Below are positions 38,323 through 46,550 of a stretch of 64,000 bases of DNA, in pieces. Position 1 is the first letter of the stretch. Every line of letters starts with the position of its first letter. This DNA comes from a virus, in the IMG/VR virus record IMGVR_UViG_3300008448_000002, positions 32,001 through 96,000 of that record; one strand, given 5' to 3'. A program made the position numbers and the translations under genes. Below the pieces are notes generated by a model that worked only from the letters and a program-made list of their open reading frames with translations, did not search any database and had not been told where the DNA came from.

Positions 38323-39468
38323 ATGAAGATACATCAAATTATAACTGAATCAATATTACTCGAATACAATATTATCAATAATGATAAAATTAATAATATT
38401 TTAGATTTATTTCTAAAAGAAAAAGAAGTTACTGATATTTTCGTAATTAATTGGTTAAAGAAAAAAGTGAACAATTATATCAATTCAACAGGAAAATTCT
38501 TGAATCTGTATAATCCAACAGAAGATGACAAACAAAAATATCCTTGGTTAAACAAGGCGATTGATAATAACCAAGAAATATATAGATTCACAGAGGTTGC
38601 TGGTTTTAGGATGAGAGTAGACTCGGTTATTGATTGGGTTAAGTCACTTAATAAAGAAGATGAAGACTACAAAAAACTAGACAGAATATCCTTTGAACAG
38701 GCACTAGAACGCCATGATAGATGGATGAAGAAGAACGATGGCATTCTTAGGGATGACAGTAAATTAGTAAAAACTATTTACTCTTTCCCCGATGGATATA
38801 AAATTGTAGAATTACCCGATGACTTCTGTAAAACTCGTGAAGGTCAATTGATGGGACATTGTGTTGGACAAGGAAAATATTCAGGAAAAACTATATTTTC
38901 ATTAAGAGATAGGAAGAATAATCCCCATGCCACATTAGAATTAAAAGGAAATCGCGTAGTACAACTACAAGGAAAAGAAAACAAAGATGTAGTTGAAAAG
39001 TATCATCCTTATCTACAAGAATTTTTTACTAATAGTGAGTATACGTTGACTGAAGGTTATTATACAAAAATTGGATTAATTAAACTCAATAATGAAGTAT
39101 ACAAAATAAATGAAATACCCGATGGACTAGTAATAGAAAATGAAACATACACTGATTTGGAAAATTGTGAAATTTTAACTAAATTACCGAATAATTTAAC
39201 AGTTAATCATTATTTGAATTTAAATGGTTGTATTAATTTAGTTAAAATTGGCGATAATTTGAAAGTTGGCACTAACTTAGATTTAGGTGGATGTGTTAAT
39301 TTAGTTAAAATAGGTGATAATTTAAGAGTTGGTCATGTATTAAACTTGAGTAATTGTACAAGTTTAGCCAGACTTCCATATGATACAAAAGTAGGTAGTT
39401 CTGTAATTTTAGATAGATATTCTAAAATTAGATTTCCAGAACACTTGAAAATATTGAGAAAAGATTAA
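38323..39468 (+). CDS. PcfJ-like domain + LRR-like repeat protein, paralogue 1
   Basis: REGQLMGHCVG...IFSLRD..N.PHATLE, then NLxVxxxLxLxxC repeats; MKIHQIITE leader. Confidence 0.75.
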   Translation: MKIHQIITESILLEYNIINNDKINNILDLFLKEKEVTDIFVINWLKKKVNNYINSTGKFLNLYNPTEDDKQKYPWLNKAIDNNQEIYRFTEVAGFRMRVDSVIDWVKSLNKEDEDYKKLDRISFEQALERHDRWMKKNDGILRDDSKLVKTIYSFPDGYKIVELPDDFCKTREGQLMGHCVGQGKYSGKTIFSLRDRKNNPHATLELKGNRVVQLQGKENKDVVEKYHPYLQEFFTNSEYTLTEGYYTKIGLIKLNNEVYKINEIPDGLVIENETYTDLENCEILTKLPNNLTVNHYLNLNGCINLVKIGDNLKVGTNLDLGGCVNLVKIGDNLRVGHVLNLSNCTSLARLPYDTKVGSSVILDRYSKIRFPEHLKILRKD

Positions 39469-39506
39469 TTTAAATAATTGTTTTTGTATTTACAATAAAT
39501 AATAGT

Positions 39507-40565
39507 ATGCCCAAATTATCACTATGGAATCCTGTTAAAAAGAATGATTATCGCCTGTTTGACAGGACGATTAAGGAGATGTTTGACATCGGTGGGACTG
39601 GTGTATATTTACACAAATATCTTGGACCAAAAGACCAATTAGATACAGGTGATTCAACTTTGCCCCCTATTACAGATGGAAATGAAACTACCATACAAGA
39701 TTTATTATTTCTTGAAAACAGAGATAGAAAATACGATAAAGACATTTATGAATTAAGAGCGGTGTATAATCTACAGGATGCCGATTTTGATTTAAAACAA
39801 TTCAATATCTTTATAGAAAATGATGTTTTGTTTCTTGAGTTTCATATGAATGATAGTGTTGCCAAGATTGGCAGAAAAATAATGAATGGTGATGTTGTTG
39901 AATTACCCCATTTAAGAGATGAATACATATTGAATAGTTCAAAGGGTATAACCAATAAATTTTATGTGGTGGAAGATGTCAATAGAGCAAGTAGTGGTTA
40001 TTCACAAACATGGTATCCACATATTTTGCGCGTTAAAATTAAACCATTGACTGATTCACAAGAATATAAAGATATATTAGATGGTAGTGATGAAAACTAT
40101 CCTGACACTACAATAAGAGATATTTTAAGTAAGATTGACATTGATATTGGTATAACAGAGGCAATCATACAACAAGCAGAAAATGAGGTTGATAGAAGAA
40201 ACTTTGAGACAGCGCAGTTTTATGTTGTACCCAACGAAGAGATGACAAGTATGTATCCTTGGATATTCACTGGCGATGGTATTCCACCTAATGGGGCAGA
40301 ATTAGCTAGTTCTGGTAATTCCTTTCCGAGTAATCCAACAGAAGGTGATTGGTTTTTAAGAACCGATTATGAACCAAATGTATTATATAAAAGAGTTGAT
40401 GGTAATTGGAGAAGAAGAGAAGTTGATTACAGAAAACAATGGGTTGCCGCTCATAGAATATTGGCTTCTTTCATAAATAATGATACTATAACAAATAATC
40501 AAGGTGAAATATCACCGCAAAAACAAGCATTATCCAAAGCTATTAAACCAAAGGCTAATTTATGA
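39507..40565 (+). CDS. gp14: Neck/head-closure protein, T4 gp14-like
   Basis: LLFLENRDRKYD, GRKIMNGDVVELPHL, FYVVEDV...SQTWYPH; near gp13 and gp15. Confidence 0.75.
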   Translation: MPKLSLWNPVKKNDYRLFDRTIKEMFDIGGTGVYLHKYLGPKDQLDTGDSTLPPITDGNETTIQDLLFLENRDRKYDKDIYELRAVYNLQDADFDLKQFNIFIENDVLFLEFHMNDSVAKIGRKIMNGDVVELPHLRDEYILNSSKGITNKFYVVEDVNRASSGYSQTWYPHILRVKIKPLTDSQEYKDILDGSDENYPDTTIRDILSKIDIDIGITEAIIQQAENEVDRRNFETAQFYVVPNEEMTSMYPWIFTGDGIPPNGAELASSGNSFPSNPTEGDWFLRTDYEPNVLYKRVDGNWRRREVDYRKQWVAAHRILASFINNDTITNNQGEISPQKQALSKAIKPKANL

Positions 40566-41689
40566 AGATACATCAAATTATAACAGAATCAATATTACTC
40601 GAATACAATATTATTGATACAATTGAAATTGATAATATTATAGATTTATTTCTAAAAGAAAAAGATGTTACGGATGTGTTTGTAATTAATTGGTTAAAGA
40701 AAAAAGTTAAAAACTATATTAATTTAACAGGTGAGTTTTTAAAATTATACAATCCAACAGAGGAAGATAAAAAAAAATATCCTTGGTTGAACAAGGCAAT
40801 TGATAATAAACAAGAGATATATAGATTGGGTAGTGTTTTTAGTCTTAGATTGAAAGTAGACATGATTATTGATTGGGTTAAATCTCTCAATAAAGAAGAT
40901 GAAGACTACAAGAAACTTGATAGGATTTCTTTTGAACAGGCACTAGAACGCCATGACAGGTGGATGAAAAAGAACGATGACATTATTAGAGACGACAGTA
41001 AATTAGTTAAAACGATTTACCAATTTGATGATGGCTATAAAATTGTAGAATTACCAGATGACTATTGTAAGACTAGAGAAGGTCAATTAATGGGACATTG
41101 CGTAGGTAAAGGCGGATATACAGGAAAAACTATATTTTCATTAAGAGATAGGAAGAATAATCCTCATGCCACATTGGAATTAGAAGGAAATAAAGTAGTA
41201 CAATTACAAGGAAAAGAAAACAAAGATGTGGTTGAGAAGTATCATAAGTATATTATTGAATTTATTGAAAATACCAATTATACATTAAATAATGTTTATC
41301 TCAAAAAAATAGGTTTTATTAAATTAAGTAATGGAATTATAGATAATTTAACTGTTAATGACATTTTGGATTTATCTGAAAACATGTGGTTAAATAGTGT
41401 TAGTGATAATTTTAAAATTGATGGTTCATTAAGTTTAGCTGACTGTAAAAACTTAGTTAGTATTGGCAATAATTTAACTGTTAATGGTAGCTTATATTTA
41501 AGACATTGTAAAAGTTTAATTAGTATTGGCAATAATTTAACTGTTGGTGAAAATTTAATTTTATATGGTTGTATAAATTTATTTAAATTACCAGTAGATA
41601 TACAAGTTGATGGTAACATATACATGGATAAAAATACAAAAACTATTATTCCTGATAATGTAAAAGATAAAATAATATATAGAGAATAA
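40562..41689 (+). CDS. PcfJ-like domain + LRR-like repeat protein, paralogue 2
   Basis: First ~230 aa closely similar to 38323..39468; repeats divergent. Confidence 0.75.
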   Translation: MKIHQIITESILLEYNIIDTIEIDNIIDLFLKEKDVTDVFVINWLKKKVKNYINLTGEFLKLYNPTEEDKKKYPWLNKAIDNKQEIYRLGSVFSLRLKVDMIIDWVKSLNKEDEDYKKLDRISFEQALERHDRWMKKNDDIIRDDSKLVKTIYQFDDGYKIVELPDDYCKTREGQLMGHCVGKGGYTGKTIFSLRDRKNNPHATLELEGNKVVQLQGKENKDVVEKYHKYIIEFIENTNYTLNNVYLKKIGFIKLSNGIIDNLTVNDILDLSENMWLNSVSDNFKIDGSLSLADCKNLVSIGNNLTVNGSLYLRHCKSLISIGNNLTVGENLILYGCINLFKLPVDIQVDGNIYMDKNTKTIIPDNVKDKIIYRE

Positions 41690-41695
41690 TAATTT

Positions 41696-41857
41696 ATGAA
41701 ACTAAGTGATATACAACCATTAAACGAAGAAACCAAAAAAGGTTTATACTATTATGTCAATAGACGTAAAAAGCTCGGTATAAGTAGAAAAAAAGGTGAA
41801 GAAGGTACTCCATCGGATGAAGATTTTAAAAATGCCGCTAAAACTGCCAAGAAATAA
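41696..41857 (+). CDS. Small basic protein (53 aa, MKLSDIQPLNEETKKGLYYYVNRRKK...DFKNAAKTAKK)
   Basis: Read manually; LNE leader plus a Lys/Arg-rich body, candidate DNA-binding head protein. Confidence 0.6.
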   Translation: MKLSDIQPLNEETKKGLYYYVNRRKKLGISRKKGEEGTPSDEDFKNAAKTAKK

Positions 41858-41872
41858 TATAGGAATAGTATA

Positions 41873-43270
41873 ATGTCAAACATGAGTTATTTCTATGATG
41901 GGCAATTAAGAAGATATTTAACACAGTTCATACGCATGTTCAGTGAGTTTCAAGTTGCGAATGGATATAATCCCGATGGTACACCAATTTTAAAAACCAT
42001 TCCTATAAAAATGGCAATGACAAATAAGAATGTTGCCAGTATCATCGGAAATAATAGTGAAACAACCATAAATGCGACACCACAAATGAGTGTTTACATA
42101 GAAGGTATAACATTATCACCAGAGAGGCGGCAGACACCCAATCATACAAGTCAAGTAAGTGTTACTGAAAGAAGAATTGACGAAAGTGGTAATTATACAT
42201 CAGAAATTGGTAGAAGCTATAGTATAGACCGATACATGCCTGTTCCTTATGATTTAACTATGAAATTGGATATATGGACTAATAATGAAAGTCAAAAGCA
42301 TCAAATATTAGAACAGATATTGACTTTATTTAATCCAAGTCTTGATTTACAAACGGGAACTAATCCTATTGATTGGAGTAGTTTGACAGTTGTAGAATTA
42401 ACCGATATTAATTGGAGTAGTCGTTCGATACCCGTAGGGAGTGATATTGAGATTGATGTTTCCTCATTAAGTTTCAAAATACCCATTTTCATCAATCCAC
42501 CAGTAAAAGTTAAAAATCAACAGATTATACAACAAATTGTCACAAATATTCTTGCGAGTAGCAATATACCCGAAAAAGGTGAAAATGACGATATTATATT
42601 AGACTCCAATGATTTTATATCAAGACAGATTGTTACACCAGGAAATCATAATATACGAGTGGTTGGCGATACTATCACTTTATTAGGACAAAACGGTTCT
42701 GAAAGAGATGCGAATGGTGATTTATATAGTTGGAAAAATCTCTTAGATTATTATAGTGTATTAAGACCATCTGTGAGTCAATTAAGGTTATTGACAGGGA
42801 ATGATTCGGAAAACTATTCTGGTTCAATCATCGGCAAGATTGATTTTCATCCTAGCAATGAAAATCAATTAACATGGATTATTGATATTGATACTTTGCC
42901 ACAGAATACCATTTTACCTATAACAGCTATTATAAATCCCACTAAATCACATCCTTTAAGTGGATTAACCTTACCTTTAAATAATACTCAAACATACAGA
43001 TATCTGTTACTAGAAGATATTCCGAATAATAGTGCGGCATGGTATAATGGTTCAACATATTTTACGGCAAAAGAAAACGATATTATACAAATATCGTACA
43101 GTGTATCTTTTGGTTGGGTGGCATCAGTATTGTTTAACTCTTTCAATAACAATACAATACAATATGTTAAGAATAATTTTGATAATAAACAGCTAAAATG
43201 GAATGGTGAAAGTTGGTTATTTGCGATTGATGGCGAGTACAATCCAGGATTTTGGAAAATCAATTTATAA
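41873..43270 (+). CDS. gp15: Tail terminator / sheath stabiliser, T4 gp15-like
   Basis: YFYDGQLRRY..QF.RMF, MPVPYDL.MKLDIWT.N..QKHQILEQIL.LFNP. Confidence 0.85.
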   Translation: MSNMSYFYDGQLRRYLTQFIRMFSEFQVANGYNPDGTPILKTIPIKMAMTNKNVASIIGNNSETTINATPQMSVYIEGITLSPERRQTPNHTSQVSVTERRIDESGNYTSEIGRSYSIDRYMPVPYDLTMKLDIWTNNESQKHQILEQILTLFNPSLDLQTGTNPIDWSSLTVVELTDINWSSRSIPVGSDIEIDVSSLSFKIPIFINPPVKVKNQQIIQQIVTNILASSNIPEKGENDDIILDSNDFISRQIVTPGNHNIRVVGDTITLLGQNGSERDANGDLYSWKNLLDYYSVLRPSVSQLRLLTGNDSENYSGSIIGKIDFHPSNENQLTWIIDIDTLPQNTILPITAIINPTKSHPLSGLTLPLNNTQTYRYLLLEDIPNNSAAWYNGSTYFTAKENDIIQISYSVSFGWVASVLFNSFNNNTIQYVKNNFDNKQLKWNGESWLFAIDGEYNPGFWKINL

Positions 43271-43328
43271 TAATACTTGACATTTTTAAAATTACTGATA
43301 AATATGGTAAAGTATAAAGGATTTTAAG

Positions 43329-43799
43329 ATGTCAGAAAAAAATACAATTCCCGTTTTCGTTTATGGAACTTTAAGAAAAGGCTCAACTGCCAATCATTTT
43401 TTAGCAGATGCCACTTATCTTGGTGAGGATACCACAAAACAAAAATCATTTGATATGGTTGATTTGTACAGTAGTTCAACGAGTAGTTTTCCTGGTGTTG
43501 TAAAAACTGGTAAGTTTGGCATCGAAGGTGATGTGTATCTTGTTAATGATGATACCCTGTCCATGTTAGATGATTATGAATCAAACGGCTCATTATACAA
43601 CCGAGAATTAATAGAATTGAGTGGATTTAAAGACAAAGCATGGATTTATTTTTTCAACTTGGCGCGATTTGAAAGAAACTTTAAAGTATTAGACTGGTAT
43701 GAGTCTGAAAGAATATCCCATGAAAATAACACGTTAGTATGGGAAGCAAAATCTTTAAAGAATGTAAAACCATTTAGACCAAGTGTTAGAAATATTTAA
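43329..43799 (+). CDS. Gamma-glutamylcyclotransferase (AIG2-like) family protein
   Basis: VFVYGTLRKG..NH.L, IEGDVYLV..D..SMLDDYE, Y.RE.I, AWIY. Confidence 0.85.
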   Translation: MSEKNTIPVFVYGTLRKGSTANHFLADATYLGEDTTKQKSFDMVDLYSSSTSSFPGVVKTGKFGIEGDVYLVNDDTLSMLDDYESNGSLYNRELIELSGFKDKAWIYFFNLARFERNFKVLDWYESERISHENNTLVWEAKSLKNVKPFRPSVRNI

Positions 43800-43817
43800 A
43801 AAATATTTTATTATTGT

Positions 43818-44339
43818 ATGATATTAAATGTTGCGACAAAAATTACACCGCTAGCACTAGCCAACACGTTTATAGAGCGTCATGGGCGGAAAGTGAATGG
43901 TATACAGCATATGAAGCTACAAAAGCTATGCTATTACGCACATGGCTGGTGGCTTGCTTTACAACCTGAACCGTCCGAACCGTTTCTGACGGAGCGACCG
44001 CAAGTATGGAAATATGGTCCCGTTTTTAATTCGCTTTACAATGTTCTTAAACCCTTTGGTAAGCGTCCGATTAAAGAACCAAAATCGGATAATCCATTCG
44101 TTACACCTGATGTTGTTCAAAATGCTGAAGTCATTAAGTTGATTGATTGGATATGGAATAGATATGGGCAATATACAGCAGAAACACTATCTGACATGAC
44201 CCACGAAGAAGGCACACCTTGGAGAAATATTGCTAAGGAAAATCACTACAGAGTTAGGCGTGACTTACCTATTGATAACAGGCGTGTAAAAGATTATTTC
44301 AACAGCGAATACAAAAAATTGGCACCCTCAGCAACATGA
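43818..44339 (+). CDS. Panacea (DUF4065/SocA-like) antitoxin-domain protein
   Basis: MKLQKLCYYAHGW...PQVWKYGPVFNSLY...YGQYTAETLSDMTHEEGTPW. Confidence 0.85.
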   Translation: MILNVATKITPLALANTFIERHGRKVNGIQHMKLQKLCYYAHGWWLALQPEPSEPFLTERPQVWKYGPVFNSLYNVLKPFGKRPIKEPKSDNPFVTPDVVQNAEVIKLIDWIWNRYGQYTAETLSDMTHEEGTPWRNIAKENHYRVRRDLPIDNRRVKDYFNSEYKKLAPSAT

Positions 44340-44410
44340 ATGAAATTATATATACTTTACAAACCCATAGCTAAAATTTTACTAAATAATAATTAAAGGA
44401 GGCTTTAATT

Positions 44411-44542
44411 ATGAATGAAGAAAATATGGCGGATGGCGAGGAAGAACGTATATTTTATTTCGATGCGAGTGATTTTGAACGAAGCCAAGAACGAATGGTA
44501 GCGTTATCTTGTTTAGCCAAACATAATCAAGGGAGCAATTAA
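44411..44542 (+). CDS. Mini-protein 1 (43 aa) with portal-clip-like motif ERIFYFD
   Basis: Read manually; strong AAGGAGG RBS; CTAAATA upstream. Confidence 0.65.
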   Translation: MNEENMADGEEERIFYFDASDFERSQERMVALSCLAKHNQGSN

Positions 44543-44544
44543 GT

Positions 44545-44721
44545 ATGACTAATTTAGAAGAATTAATTAACAGCGGTAAAGTAAAGAAAACTCGTTGTAA
44601 TATTACTGGAAAAGTAACTTATGAGATTAACCTTAAACATATGTCTACAAGTAAATGCGATGAATATATAACACGAGTCAAGAATGAAATGAAAAAACAC
44701 AAAAATAAAGAAAGAATGTAA
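44545..44721 (+). CDS. Mini-protein 2 (58 aa) with motif YEINLKHMSTSKCDEYITRV
   Basis: Read manually; starts 2 nt after the ORF1 stop; GGAG upstream. Confidence 0.6.
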   Translation: MTNLEELINSGKVKKTRCNITGKVTYEINLKHMSTSKCDEYITRVKNEMKKHKNKERM

Positions 44722-44722
44722 T

Positions 44723-44848
44723 ATGGATACAGAACATACAGAAATAGGTGAAGAAATAATTCTAAATATTGATACAAGTAATATGACAGATGAACAGGCG
44801 AATGATTTACTCAAAAGAATTAAAGATATTGTTTACGGAATAGAATAA
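44723..44848 (+). CDS. Mini-protein 3 (41 aa) with motif ILNIDTSNMTDEQANDLL
   Basis: Read manually; starts 1 nt after the ORF2 stop. Confidence 0.6.
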   Translation: MDTEHTEIGEEIILNIDTSNMTDEQANDLLKRIKDIVYGIE

Positions 44849-44878
44849 TTAACAAAAAGTAATGAAAGAATAAAGAAT

Positions 44879-45148
44879 ATGAGAATAACACAAGAAACTA
44901 GAATCGAGGCATTAAAACTCGCTATTGAGGCGCATAAAACCTTACCGCCAAGTGTAATTGTAGATGCGGCGAAGGTCTTTGAACAGTATATTACTGGATA
45001 TGATTCGCTAACCGATGAAGAAAAAGATGCTATACTTATCAAAAGAATACAAAAAGCACAAGAAAGAAAAATAATTCATGTTGAAGTTGGTGAAATGTCG
45101 CCCCATAAAGCAGAAAATTATATCGAAAATATTAAAAAGAATAGTTGA
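44879..45148 (+). CDS. Mini-protein 4 (89 aa) ending in RKIIHVEVGEMSPHKAENYIENI
   Basis: ORF track; its C-terminus is the closest match to the recalled T4-type portal motif. Confidence 0.7.
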   Translation: MRITQETRIEALKLAIEAHKTLPPSVIVDAAKVFEQYITGYDSLTDEEKDAILIKRIQKAQERKIIHVEVGEMSPHKAENYIENIKKNS

Positions 45149-45184
45149 CATTTGATATAATTTCTGTTAATTTATATAAATAAT

Positions 45185-45975
45185 ACTAGCGATTAATTTA
45201 ACTCATATTATAACTCAAAGAATTTCCCTCGTTTATTAATTAAGTTTGACATGCGGAACACCTGACGCAGCGTTGTAAGTCTATTAAGGGGCTAGACGAA
45301 TGGAAGCGACTACTATTACGCCCTTAGCGGGATACCGTAACAGTACAGAGTGCCATTTCCCGTGAAAAGGAAGAAAGACTCCGTTCATAAATGGATAGCT
45401 ATGTTTACTTAGTTTATTGGCCATTTATGATTTTGTAATTAAAAGTATTGCATTTATCATAAATCGGTAACATAAAAGTCGGCAGTACTATAAAATCACT
45501 CAACTGACTCCTTAATTGGAGAGGAATTGATGCTGCTTAAAGATTCTTGATTAGAATCTAATTTTCAAAAGAATTGTAATTATAAGAATTAGATATGTAG
45601 GATAAGGAAAATTAAGTTCTAAATCAGGGGAACATAGAATACTGTTGTGTTATGAATAAAGAGTATGCTCTGTCTGTGAAGTTATTGACAACATACAACA
45701 AAAATAGGCTTCTGCTGGAAGTTTGTTGGTCTATTTTTGTACCGCCCTAGAATGACGAGAGTTGTTCGGAACAAGTGTTAAAATTAGGTATACGGAGGGC
45801 CGCCTAGCAAGAAGAAACTTGTACACTAACAATTAATATTTCCAGAAGACGTGATAAAAAATGTTTTAAATGTTCCCTCTACATCTGTTATCGGCACTTT
45901 ATTGTGTTTTAGGCAGGTGTAGGGGGAAAAGACGTGCGCTACGCGCAAGAAAGCAAGAAAACCTAGTTTGGGGGG
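45185..45975 (+). ncRNA. Candidate large structured non-coding RNA
   Basis: No ORF of 60 aa or more; GC-richer than the flanks; TTGACA (45145) and TATAAATA (45175) upstream; many helices, including a 14-bp helix with two G-U pairs; ends in a 10-G tract. Confidence 0.5.
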
Positions 45976-46189
45976 GGGGTGATGTAGTAAGAATGCCTTG
46001 TATTAGTTGATTATTAGAAGTAATGAATTAAATTGATAAATTAAATAAAAACTTACCAAGTAGACCTGATGATTAAATAAAAACAAATTTATATAAAATA
46101 TATACTTTAAAATAACTCGCACTGATATATCACAAATTAACTAATATAAATTAATTACCTGATGTATATAAATTAACTTAAAGTAATTG

Positions 46190-46520
46190 CCATGTAAGGT
46201 AGCGTGACACGGCTTGCGCCATGCCACTCACAAGTTGTAAGTTAGATTGCTTCGGCTAACGCCTCGCCCTAACTTACAACTTAATATTTTCTTTATTGAA
46301 TTAATTTAATAAGTAATTAAAATAAACATATAAAAATACTCTTAGAACAAGATTGAGTAATGGTAAAAGTAATTAACAAGTAAGAAGGAGGGCGTAAGCC
46401 AGACTGAATTACTTGTTAATTAAGAGAGGTGCGAGGTCGTAGACCGAGTAGCTCGCTAGAACAGATTAACTAAGAAATTATGAATATAACCTGAAAATCA
46501 CTTAAGGACATCTATGTCCA
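46190..46520. other. Cluster of long perfect inverted repeats with GC mini-hairpins (origin-like or RNA structure)
   Basis: 14-bp IR 46232-46245/46269-46282 enclosing GCTTCGGC; 14-bp IR 46370-46383/46409-46422 enclosing GGCGTAAGCC; GGTC-GTA-GACC. Confidence 0.55.
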
Positions 46521-46550
46521 GATTTCAATCAAGTTATAAATATATGTAGC

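Noticed and set aside
45240-45975. Group I/II intron, tmRNA or RNase P identity for the long non-coding region
   Set aside because: No interrupted gene flanks it. I could not find group I P7/S elements, a group II domain V, a tmRNA acceptor with 3'-CCA, or the RNase P GAGGAAAGUCC core. GGGGCTAGAC is only a superficial tmRNA-like start
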